In this document: piece after piece, positions 34,268 through 46,000 of the stretch
How the letters are laid out: each line of letters opens with the position of its first letter
Numbering within the stretch: position 1 is the first letter of the stretch
NCBI GenBank assembly: GCA_905178155.1
Contig: CAJINV010000001.1
Location: 11,639,832 to 11,703,831 of the forward strand
Origin: Amoebophrya sp. A120
Taxonomy: Eukaryota; Protista; Dinoflagellata
DNA: 64,000 nucleotides
Direction: 5' to 3'
Program-made: the position numbers and the translations under genes
Notes under the pieces: generated by a model
What the model was told of the DNA's origin: nothing
Database searches by the model: none
Seen by the model: the letters and a program-made list of their open reading frames with translations, nothing else

Positions 34268-36355
34268 TCAGCCATTCTGCAGCGACGGATAGGGATTGGC
34301 GGATGCATTTGCTTCGGCTTCTCGTGCCTCTCTTCTCCTTTCTCGCCATGCACGGTAGCGCGCTCGTCCAAGGCTGTACCAAGCGTCCACCATGAGTCGT
34401 AGCGTGTGGCAATTTTCGGCCAAAAGACCTCGCGCGCTCGTTGCTGTGGTCGCGCCGTCTCGTGGGCTGCTGTCAGAAGTTGCGTCGTTTGCCACAAAAC
34501 TTGACTCGCTTAGCTGGTCTTTATCCTGGTCATCAGAAGTTGCATGCGTCATACCTCCTCCTGTTCTCGCCCTCATGTTCCTCGCTGCCTCTTCTCGCAG
34601 GGCCGCGGCTTCTTGGTGTAGCATCAAAATCCGTTCCTGTGACAGGTCCAACTCCATTCTCTGTTCGTGCACCAGCCGCTCAGCGGTTTGCAGTCCTTCT
34701 TGCAACAAAGCTACCTCGCGCTGAACGTTTTCGGTGTGGAGCAGCTTTTGCCGCAGCGAGGACGCTCCCTGTTCCTGCTTTTTGAGCGCCGCCCGCACCT
34801 CCTCGGCGTCACTGCGTGCTGTTTCCAGCTCCTCGCGCATGTTCTTGACAGCCGAAAACGTGGCCTGCATTAAGCAGTTCAGCTCGTCCGGAGACGCCCG
34901 TCCAGGCCGGCTCGGCGCGGGACCGTCGTAGCTCTGTTTGCTCGAGCCTCCGTGTCGGTAAATTTTCACATCCGACGGAGAGTTGGTCGAGGAGTTTGAG
35001 TTGCGCCTTCTCGGTACGACCGGCGAGCTCTGATCTGCGGTCATTTGTGCGCTAGTATCTCCTGACGATGCCGGTGACACCAGGATGGCGTCGTTGCGAA
35101 CCTGCAGAATCTCGTGCAGCAGCTCCTCAAACCGGTCGCAGCGATCGGCCTTTTCGCGCAGACTGGCCTTCAAAGTGGCGATCATCTCGTCCTTGGCTTC
35201 AAAATCCAGCGCATCCGGTTGCTGGCCGTTCGGCCGCGGCGACCAGGCCGCGGAGCCCGGGGACAGCGACCCTGGTGGACTCTGCTCCCGTTGCAGGTCC
35301 AGCTGCGTGTTCTCATCGCCGAGGTTTACGGACTTGCTGCTCATTGGCGAAGCGGCGGAGAAGTCAGGCACAAACCCGCTCAGTTGAGTGATCGCAGACC
35401 CGAACCACCCGGCGGATTGGTCCTCTACTTGTGAGCTGGTCGCCGGGCCTGAATTTTTGTCTTTGCTTGTCTTTTCCTTCCCCGTCTCGGACTCTTCAGG
35501 CACGACCAGGTCAGACTCCGAGTCTTTGCTTGGATTGCTCCTATCGACAAAGTAGTCGTCGTCACCCGCGATGGCAACCAGAAGATTTTGGTTTGTTTGC
35601 TCTCCCTCTCCGTGGACGACCCTTGGATTCTCATTCTGCGCTTGCTGCTCGTTCATTTCCGCCCCACGACCTCTGGGACCACTGCTTTTAATACCCGGAG
35701 CCGCGCCCCGCTTTTTCTTTTCCGGCGTCAGCGAGCGATTCCGTCGTTTCGTCCGCTCGATGTGCCGTCCCCGCTCTTCGACCAGCTTGTCCATGTTTGG
35801 GTCGGTTAATGGCTGCTCGCGCGCTTCTAATCTTTCCTGCTGCCGCGGCGAAAGCTGCTGTTGGTCCACCACAGCGCCGGTCTGTTTGTCCCGCACCCAG
35901 CGCGCGACGGGCCGTGAGGTGAGCTTCAGAGCTGGCGGATCACTCGAAGATTTGTTTGTCGACAACTGTTGTACTTGTTCCTCCGCTCCTGAGCTCGTAG
36001 TCGTGAGTGATGGTGCGGTGCTGGCAACCGAAGCACCACCTCCACCAAGCCGGTTCGTTGCAGTGCTGGAACTGGACTTCGACTCTTGTTTCGAAACCAC
36101 GCGGGTCGTCAGAGGAGACTGAGCGCTTGCTGCAGCTTCTCTTGTAGGTTCTGGCTGAGACGCGTCGAAGCTTGCGTTCGCGGAAGGAGGACCTTTATCG
36201 CTGATAACTAACCGCGGAGGGTGATGGTGGTGGTGAGGAACCGCTCCTCCAGAAGGCCCGTCTTCGTCGTCTTCGTCGGTTACGGAAGTGGAGTACTCTT
36301 CATATTCAGATTCTGACGCTTCTTCAGGGTCGACACGTTTCACTAGCGTGGACAT
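34268..36355 (-). CDS. Hypothetical coiled-coil protein with Hook-like C-terminal motif
   Basis: 695-aa ORF with an acidic/low-complexity N-terminus, heptad-rich segments, and LRLMVDAWYSLG near the C-terminus. Confidence 0.65.
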   Translation of the reverse strand: MSTLVKRVDPEEASESEYEEYSTSVTDEDDEDGPSGGAVPHHHHHPPRLVISDKGPPSANASFDASQPEPTREAAASAQSPLTTRVVSKQESKSSSSTATNRLGGGGASVASTAPSLTTTSSGAEEQVQQLSTNKSSSDPPALKLTSRPVARWVRDKQTGAVVDQQQLSPRQQERLEAREQPLTDPNMDKLVEERGRHIERTKRRNRSLTPEKKKRGAAPGIKSSGPRGRGAEMNEQQAQNENPRVVHGEGEQTNQNLLVAIAGDDDYFVDRSNPSKDSESDLVVPEESETGKEKTSKDKNSGPATSSQVEDQSAGWFGSAITQLSGFVPDFSAASPMSSKSVNLGDENTQLDLQREQSPPGSLSPGSAAWSPRPNGQQPDALDFEAKDEMIATLKASLREKADRCDRFEELLHEILQVRNDAILVSPASSGDTSAQMTADQSSPVVPRRRNSNSSTNSPSDVKIYRHGGSSKQSYDGPAPSRPGRASPDELNCLMQATFSAVKNMREELETARSDAEEVRAALKKQEQGASSLRQKLLHTENVQREVALLQEGLQTAERLVHEQRMELDLSQERILMLHQEAAALREEAARNMRARTGGGMTHATSDDQDKDQLSESSFVANDATSDSSPRDGATTATSARGLLAENCHTLRLMVDAWYSLGRARYRAWRERRREAREAEANASANPYPSLQNG

Positions 36356-37018
36356 GATGCGTGAGTTATCGCGGGGTCATCAAACTTCAAAGAGACAAAG
36401 GACTCGTATTACCTGATGGATCTACAAGGAAAAACATGGAATGTGGTAAGTAGGCAAGCTGAAGAACAGGACTAGGTAGTGTTCTTCCGCTAGCAAGTTA
36501 GAGGGTATGGGTAGGGGCCTGCAAAGAGTAATCAAGCATTGGTTCTTACATGCGCGGCAACTCGCAAATTTCTGTGCACTTCTTCGAGAAGAATTCCAAT
36601 TCTTTCAGCACGCTCTGTCGTGCAGCAACATCTCCCTCTCTCTTCGCAGCTCCGCATTCCGCTCCATTTGCTGCAGAGGTTCGACTCAAAAAGAATAAGA
36701 AACCGATCGAGATTTGGACGTATAACCGAGAGCATAAACACACTACTTCAGCACCGACCGAATAACGGTCCAAGAACGAATCACCGATCTACGTCTACCT
36801 TCATCTTGATATGAACACGGCAGACCTCTAAATCTAATGCGTTCGCGTCGCCTGGATGAGTTTCCACGTCGATGTCGCAGTTCTCACTATCTTTTTATAC
36901 CAAAAGTACGCACCAAACGTGGTTCGAAAATGGTGGACATGATCGATTTCTGTTTGCAGATTTATTGTGCTTTTCGCCAATCTGTTAAATTGCCTTGTCA
37001 CGGCAGGGCCACATCACT

Positions 37019-40000
37019 CTACAAGTAGTACGTCCTTTTGCGAGGCTGCTGCCACTGAAGCATGCGCAGCTGCTCGAGTTCCGCTCGGGTCATTTGCTTG
37101 GCAGACTGACTGTCTTCGTAAGCCAGCTGCTTCCCGTGACCATCCGAGCCGTCCGGGTGCAGTTCGTCGATGGCCAGATGCTGCACGTCAAGACCGCACC
37201 GCAAAACGAGGAATCGCACGGCAAACGCCGCCGTCAGCGTAAAATCCTGCTTGTCCGTCAAAATGGACGACGAGGTCTTGCTCGAAGCGGTCGCCGCCGG
37301 CGTCGTTTTTACGTTGGTTGACGAAACCAGATCCTGAATATCTCTGGCAGCTTCTTCCAATTTCTCCAGAGTCCAGAAGCTCGGCTCGTTTTCCCCCGTC
37401 CAGTAGTGTGTAAAGTTGGGGTCCGGAACGGGAGAGCGCCCGCTTCTGGTCTCCCGTTCGGCCCACTGCTTCCAGTGCCCTTCCGAATCGTCTTCCGGAC
37501 TCAAGAGCTGACTCACAAGCAAGCGGTGGGGATCTTGGTGTGCCTCGCTGTCGGTTTGCGACCACATGTAATCCTCGTAGCGCGGCTGCACGGGCGAGAA
37601 GCGCGAATCCAGGTAGAGTATGCGTTCCCCGGGTGTCTGGAACTGCTTCTGGGGATAGCGTGGAAGAAAATGGGTCTCCTCCACGTCCCCGTCGTGAAGC
37701 GAACGTGTCAATACCAACGGCAGCAGCTGTTTGCTCTCGCTCTTCTCTTCCCAGAATGATCTCTCGTCCGAATGACGCCCTTCGGGGCTCGATGTTGGTT
37801 CTTCAAAACTGGTAGCGTCCACCGGCTCTGAAAGTAACTCCAGAAGCAGGACAACCACCCGCAAAAGCAACGCCACCGGAACTTTGCCATCTTGACGCAC
37901 TGTTCTCGGAAGTAGACGCCACAGCAGTGCCAAATTGCTTTCGTCAACAGATCCGTTCGAGGCCGCGTCATCACCATCAAGGTATCGCTGGATCCCGATG
38001 GTGAGAAGCGCCATTTTCCCGCCAACTTGCACGATTTTCTTGCCAACGAATTGCATCAGGGAAAAGAAGTTTGCGAGTCGAATGCGCTCGGCCTCTCGCT
38101 TTTCCTTCATGAGGCGCGCAACGTGCACGGCGAGGAAAAGCTCGTCGTCCCCTAGCGTCGCTTGCTTCGCGCGGGGCTTCGTTTCTTCTTCTGCTCCAGC
38201 GCTGGCAGCACATTTTTTCTTGTTAGCTCCCGCGGATTTGCGTAACTCTTTCAACATAACACCCAAACGCTGGTCTCCACGACCAAACTCTTCCTCTAGT
38301 ACCTTGCAGTCCGGATTGTACCGGAAGTAGAGGGAGGAACACTCTTCATTTTCGGACCCGTAAGAAAACGTGAGGTCCCTCCTGCCACTATCGAGCCCTG
38401 CAAGACGACTGTGCATGCCGTCTCTTTGTTCACTCTGCAGGATCAGCTGCCAGAAGAAGATGAAAAGCGGCTCTCCCTCTCGCGAGTACCTGCCCCCCAA
38501 CCCGAGGCCACCGTGCACGAAGGAGTAATCGGTCCACAGGCAGTACGGGCGAGTAGAAGCCGTTCCTTCACTGCTTTTCGCGACGGGTGCGAAGGAGAGC
38601 ATTCCGATCTGTACGGTCTTCGCGAGATAGTCTGCAATCCACTCAAGTTCAGACTGGATCTGTTTGCCCTGTGCAGGCGACAGCCCCATGAGTGCGGCGT
38701 CCTTTTTCAGCAACTGTTCGCAAACGACCTCCTCGTACAAGTAGGTGTCCAGAACGCGCTCGTACCACACGCGATCCCGCCAGCCCTTCCGATACCTCAT
38801 GGGCATGTACTCTGTTACATCGCGCCACGGCGGATAGTGCTCTTTGTCCTCGTCGTCCGTTGAATCTTCTGACTGCCCGTCAGCTTCGTCGGTATCTTCC
38901 GCGGCCGAGTAAACTTCTTCTGCGTCGGAATCGTCGGACACAAACCCGGGCGACATCAACCGAGGCCGCCTTGCTGGAGGCGCAGCTTCCGCGTCCTCTG
39001 TGTGGGTTTTTGTTGGATCCTCCCGCTCTCCGGTGGCAGTGTTTGCTCCTTCGCCCATCGGCACCCCCCGTTGTCTGCGAACATCCGCTGCAGCGTCGCG
39101 CTTTTCGCGCCGCTTCATTTTTCTCAACTTTGTTTTTTTCTTTTTCTGCTCCGCCGCCTCTGCCTTTGCCTCTGGTGATTTGGGCGGTCGCGCGACGTCT
39201 CGGGCCCTTTCTAAGTCGAACAACATCTCTGCCTGTTCAAACCGCCTCTGCCGCAACAGGAAGCCCAGAGAAGAAACCTTTCTGCGCCTCGCCGCTGCAT
39301 ACGCGTCCAAATACGATGTGGCCGCCAGTTTCTTCTTCTTGCTTTCCTCTCCCCCGAGTGTCCTCCACAGTTCTTCTGCTTTCTTCTTCTGCGCACGAGG
39401 CGTCCCGTTCAGTACTCCGGCACAATCCGGGCCACAGTCACGCTCGCAATCTATGTCGTACTTGTGTATCAGGTTCTGGATATCACGGCTGATTTTCCTG
39501 CCGACCAGGCCCTCATGCTTCTGCGCGCTGTACGAGATCGACCTCGATTTCAATATCCTGGTCGGGAAATCCACCAGGTTCACGATTAGAGATCCAAAGT
39601 GGTCGTGTCCTTTGTCGGCAGAAGAAGCACCGGGTCCCGTAGAACTGGCAGATGTCGACTTGCTATCGTCCAGGGTCAAATCCGCCAGTTGCGCGATAGT
39701 TTCTCGTGCGAAAACCTTTTTGCGAAAAGCAGCGTCCAGGTTTTGCAACGGCCGTCCAATGTAGTGGGAGACGCTTTTTTCGATTCGTTTCCGATCCCAG
39801 CCTCGTGCGGTCATTTCAGCGAAAGAGAGCAGAGGATCTTCCGCATCGCCGCCCGTCGCGTGTGGTTTTGAGCTGCTCGCTGACGCGTCGTCAAGTTTCC
39901 GCTTTTTCGCGGGGGGGCTTGAAGGCGAGGCACTCGGATCGGGTGGTGCTGTCTCGTGTGTTTGTTCTCGTGGCAAGAGTGTACTACTGCTGCTCTTCTC

Positions 40001-43000
40001 TGTACTACGAGAGGACTGAACTTCCTGCACGAGCGAGGCGGCGAGCTCGCTTTCATCTAGGAGAATCAAACACACCAGACGCTGAAAGCCATACTCCGTT
40101 GTAGTTGCTCCCATATCAAAAGACTGCCAGTCGTGAGCTATCCGGGCAGCGGACGGGTAGCCGGCGCATCGCAGCGCTCGTCTTCGAAGCAAAATTTGCG
40201 ACACCGCCCTTAAATCCTTCAGAAGGGTGGCGCTCGCGGCCGGCAGACCTGCGAGCGCCTCGGCCTCAATGTCTTGAAAACGCTGCTTTGCACTGAGGTA
40301 GATCTGGCGGCATCTTGCTTCGTACTGGGCCTTTTGCAACTCTTGGAGATCCTTCTGGTTCTCTGCATTCTGGGCTTTCTTAGCACGTTCTTGCTCTTCC
40401 ATCTGCAGGGTTCTTCGGCGTTGCTCCTGCAGAAGTCTCCCGCCCGCACCGGTCTTGCCAATAAGCAAGTCGGCCACTTGATCACGGCAACGCGGCTGCC
40501 CCAAGACCGCCAGCAGAACCAGGAAGCGGTAGATTGCCACTACCGGCGTGTCAGTGAACACTGCGAGAGTGTGCCCTGCGAATTTGTTGACTTTCTTCAA
40601 TAACGCTAGCTCCTCAGTGAACTCGTCGTCCTTTGCTTGCTCCATGTGGTCGCGGATCTCCCGAACAAGCATTTCCGACAACACACCGCCGCACTCTTTC
40701 AGGGCCTTCGAGAAAGTCGAACTCCGCTGCTCGACGAGCAGTCGCAGCAGCTTCCCGTTCTGCGGCGCTGGATTGGTCAGCAGCACTAACAAAAAGCTGC
40801 AGAAGCTGTAGGCCTGCAAAGTCCATTTACTTTCGCCGGCCTCCTGGAAAATGTCGCCCACCTGGTGCAAGATCTTCGCCGCATCAATAACTTGGAGGAG
40901 GTCAGTCGCTGGCTTCCTCTGGAGCATCATGCTCCACAAGTTAAATTCCTTCGGGAAAACGGCGCCCAATCCCGCCGGCTGGGCCTTTGCAAGATGGTAG
41001 CTCCACAGGAACAATGGATTCTCTTGCGGCCATGACATCGCATATTGTCCGGCGGCTTGTTGCAGCTCCTCCCTAACTTTCTCCGCGTTGGATAGGCAAG
41101 ACAAGAGCCTGTTCCACCGGCGCAACGACTCCGTCTGCCTGAAGGGCGGGTGACTAGAGGAGCTCGATGACAACTCGTGGACCCGCGAGACCACCTCGAT
41201 CAAAGTGTCAGGCATCGTCTCGGGTATGTTTGGAATTTTCTGATCGGTCGAGGTCTCGTCGATGTAGGAAACCCACCAAGGGACAAGCTGTTCTCCGCCA
41301 CTGACCGCCTGCTTCTTATTTCGATCTCCGTCTCTCAAAGTCGACGCCACTGGCTTCCCAAGGGCTAACGCGTAGTAATCAAGCGCCAGATCCGCACGCA
41401 CGACGCTTTCCTTCGACTTTCGTGGCATGACCAACGTCTGCAGTGGCGTCATTCCGGTCGAGCTCAACACAGCACCGCAATAAGTCACGACCTTTCCCCT
41501 GCGCTCCAGAATCGCGCTCGGGTCCAGTATGGCTTCGGTGGATGGCGCGGAGTGAAGCGCAACAAAACTCTCTCGCAATCGATCTGTTGTCACGTATTTT
41601 CCGCCGGCGTTCTGGTCCTTTCTGGCCCAGTGCGTCCACCAATGCAGGACCGTCTGGCGGTTGAAATAGCTCGCGAACCACAGCGGACTGGCACCGCAGC
41701 ACATTTCTCTTGCGCTGTCTGCAGCCAGACAGCACTTGTTGTTGTTCTGCGTGCTAGCCTTTGCACATGAAGCGCCAGCACTGCAACTTCTGATCGTGTC
41801 CTCGCCTTCTTCCAGAAGAACTTGCAGTGTCGAAACCGCGCCGCAGGCCGCTGCGAGGGAAACCAAGGCCTCGCCCAGTGTCGTTCCCGGAGTGACAGGA
41901 GCATTTCCACCCTCCACCTTGCTGCACAGGCTCACAGCCGGGAACGGCTGTAGCCTCTGCGTCTCCCTGCGAGACCTCCAAATGCCAGACACCAGAAGTT
42001 GCAGGGCGAAGGCGTCCGACAGCGAACCGGGCTTGAGCGGTTCGCGGCACACGGGGCACTTCTTGTTGCCCGGCCCGCTCCCGGACTCGTTCTTCTGCTC
42101 GCGTGGCAAGTAGAAAAAAGCGAGGGTCCTGCTGCGAATGGGACGCGCGGGAAGCGCATCGTCCAGGTAATCTATGTCGTAAAATTCAAACTCGTTTTCC
42201 ACCGGCGCGTCAGGAGGTTGTACTACAACCGCAGCCGCCTCGTCCTGTCCAAGAACTGCTTCGGCAACCACTGCGGGGCCCGCGCCAGCATCTTCTACTT
42301 GCATATCATTGTTCGCAGCCTCAACGTTGAGAGCGGCTGGAGCAGCTTCTTGCCCCTGTGCCTCGTTTTCGAGGGCCTGTTGCTGCTCGTCAGCGCCGTC
42401 ATCCTCTCCATAGTCACCGAGGCCGTCTTTCCCGATCCGCTTCAAAGTTACGGTTTTTTTCTTCGTCCCGTCGGCTTCTACCGTCGTGATTTGGTTTGTC
42501 ACCTCCCAGACGATTCCGTTTTTGTCCAGCGCGCAAGGTTGCACTAACTCTTGAAACGCACAGGCTCGGCAAAAGCGATGCCCACACAGCGCTCGGTATT
42601 GGTTTTTCTCGGTCAACGTCTCCAAGCAAATGGGGCAGCAATGCTCTTCCGTCTCAGAATTGGTTCCCTTGTTGTGGTCAGCCATTCTCGCTTGGCGCTC
42701 GGAATGCTCCCCGCCGTCCTCAACTTCCTCCTCGTAAAAGTTTTTCGGAATGATTTCGGTGCTTAGGTCTATCCACTTCTCTTGTATCGCCCAGCGAAAG
42801 AAGGCATGGTGGTCGATTGTGAGCAGGAGGAACAGTCTCGGCAAATCCTCGAACATGATACCCGCTCGCGTCATCTTGAACTGTTTCACGATTTCAGTTG
42901 TCGGTTGGGCGAAAGATGTTGAGCTGCGGGACTTTTTCTTCATCTGGGCGGGAGTAGTTCGACAATTTTTTGTTCTTTTCGGGGCTGGACCAGCATCACT

Positions 43001-46000
43001 TTGCTGCTCGTTTTCCTCGTCCTGTACCGATGTCACAGCCGCCAGAGCCAGACTTTGCTGCAAATACAATCGGAACAGGTCTGCCACTGCTTCCTTCATC
43101 GGCTTCACACGATAAATCTTTGCGACGTCGGGCGCGACAAAATTTGCTTTATGCCACGCAAGCACCTCCCTGTACCGGCGGTCCGCGTTTTCTACCGGAT
43201 TCATTTTGCGCATCGTCACCAGGCTGAATTTACTCTCATCCTCCGAGTCCGAACAAAAGTCGTCTTCTCCGCTGGAGTCGCCCGCCGCAATCACGAACCC
43301 GTCATAGGGGAACTTGCGAAGTTTCCGTGGGCGCCAGCGACGAGGCACAAGCAGCAGGTTCCGGGAAATGGTCTCCAGCAGTTTGAGACGCTCACGCTCC
43401 ATTTCGGCGAGAAGCGATGTTTTGAATTTTTCAGACGTATTTTCTGTTACTGGCACCTTGACGCCGCGAACCGTGATAGTTCCTTCTGTTGTCTTGCTAG
43501 CCAAGAAAATGGCCCTCTTGTCAACCTTCTCATGCAGCTGCACGCCCTCCGGATGCAACAGGCGCGCCAAGCGCCTGCGCACCCCGAAGGCGGCACGACT
43601 GCGCAACCCCGACATGTGCAAGTCCACTCTCTCGAAGTCAAGCGACGGGTAAACCATTGATTCGAAAACTGCAACCGTTCTGTACCCGAAGGTACTATCG
43701 CGAATCTTAGAAACTATCGAATGGTACACGCCTCGGCGCTTCTCTTCCTCCTTGTAGCAGCGCAGGAAGGCGGACCAGACGGTGGTTGGGGTCGGCGTGT
43801 CAAACAAGTCCTGCAAGGCGGCCGTACTATCCCTGATATCCTCTGTCACTCGCTGCAACGCTGTGTGGAGCAACTCACGCCGCGCGGCGTCGTGACCGTC
43901 ACCGTCTTTCGCGTGTAGATCTTTCAATAAAGCCTGCAACCGAGCCTCGGCTGTCTTGAACTTTTTCGCCGTGCCCCTGCCTCTGCTCGCAGCTGCGGCC
44001 TTCGCCTCCCTTCGCTGTACCGCAGCGCTGACATCGCTGAGCTTTCGCCCAGTTGCAGTTACCATCTCCGAGTCGATACTGTGGTTTGTCACCTTCACCA
44101 GGTCGGGCAAGCTTTTACACGTATAATTGTTGTTGAGCTGTTCAAGTGAAAAATTTTCGTATGAACCGATCGCTGACGGACTTGCCGAGACGATTTTTGC
44201 TTGCTTTTTGCGCATCTTAAGCATCTTCTCTTCTGCAGCGAGACCCTTGGCCTGGAAGGAAGTTTTGCCCTTCCACGTGCCCGAGTAGAAAAGTTCCTCG
44301 AAAAACTTCTCATCCGATTTGCGCGCACTTGCTGCTTGCTCGGGGTTTGCCAAACCGAGCATGCCGGCAAGTTCGAAAGCGACGGTGGCAGCATTCTCGG
44401 GATGAATATCCGTCACCCCTAGAATGGCAGACTCCCCCAGGTTGATCTTGTTCCCACGGAGCTTGTTTTCCTGAAGAGAGAGAACAAGGGAGCTCCTAAT
44501 CGGCACGTCGAGCACAGGTGCTACCTTGCGTGCGAACCAGAGGAGGGCGTCTGTCGCCCCCATCGCCACAGCCTTGCTGCAGAACCTCACGACAAACTCG
44601 TTCATTAGCGCCCTCTGTCGCCCCATGAAGTCGAGTTCGCCTCCAATTTCTTCATACACGTCCTCTGGGCTCCAGCCATTCGCATGATTTGCCAGGGACA
44701 CACACCGTCGCCAAACAGAATTGTTGCAAAACCGCTTGAAGCTTTCGCTTTCCAGCCTGGAAATGGTATCTGCAAAGTCCACCTCGGCTTCATACTCGGC
44801 CGCGGCAACCAAATTTGTACTACTGGCAGGCATCGAGCGCTTCTTTGATGGCGAACCCGAACCGGGCAGCAAGAATCGAGGCACCGTCGCGATTACGGGA
44901 CCCCACCACGGCGCGCCGCCCCCGATGGCGCTAAAATAACCCTGTAACTTCGTTAAATCGTATAAACACGCGCTTGGATCGTCCTTGTTGCTGCAACAAA
45001 CCGTATTGCCAATCTGCAGGACTCGCATCAAAGGAAACACTAATCGTCGCATGCGCAAGCTCCGTCGACTTGGATCTGCAAGGAGATCGTATAGAGCGCG
45101 AAGCAGGGGCTCGGTGTGAATCGTGTGCTGCTCCTGTGCTTTGCTTCCGGTTGTTTCCACCTCTACTCCGCTCGCAAAACGTTTTTGCAGCTCCTGCGCT
45201 TTTTTTCGGTCTTCTTCAGTAGTCCTATCGCGTTCTAAAGTTACCCATCGGTTTTTTTCCGCTTGTTTACTCGGGTGCGAAGACGAGGTACCAGTCGCGG
45301 TTTCAGCTCTCCAGGTGGTTTCCGCGCCGAGTTTGATGTAGTGAAGCATTCTCGTACATTTGACCATTTCGTAACTCGTGAGAATGTCCCGCACGATGGT
45401 TCGCAATCCGTGTCGGATCGCGTAACTCAGAGCCGTTTCCCCGTCGAACGAGTTTTCGGCCGCGAAAAGCACGCAAGCGAGGTGGGTGATGAGAACTCTA
45501 CCCTCCAGTGTTGTCATGTTTCTCTCGGGTGGGAGTTCGATATGTTCGCAATGGTAACCGAGCAGGTCGTGAGCAAAGAATTCAACAATCTGGGTTTTCT
45601 CAGCCACAACCCCGACGGACAGCAGTGTGTAGTCGTAGAAATCATCGCGATCCTGGGCCGATATCTTTTTTCCGTACACGCAATCCGATAGAAGAGACGT
45701 ACTACCGGTTACAGCCGCGCCGTACGCCAGCAACCGCCACGACCAAGGATCCACGGCACCTTCCAAAACCCGATCCACTTTTTTCGTTGTTTTCGCTCTG
45801 TCCCCAGGATAATCCGTGTTGTTTCCGGCGCTGCTGACATCTCCTCCAGCGTTGTTTTCCGCTGCAACTGCGGGCGCCCCTGCTTGTGGCGGTGCCTCCT
45901 GATGGTGTGCCACTGGTGCATTACTTCCATTTGCTCCATTCGCTGCTGGCGACAACATCTCACTGTCGCCCTGTTCTATGTTTTTCGGAGAATTTTCATC

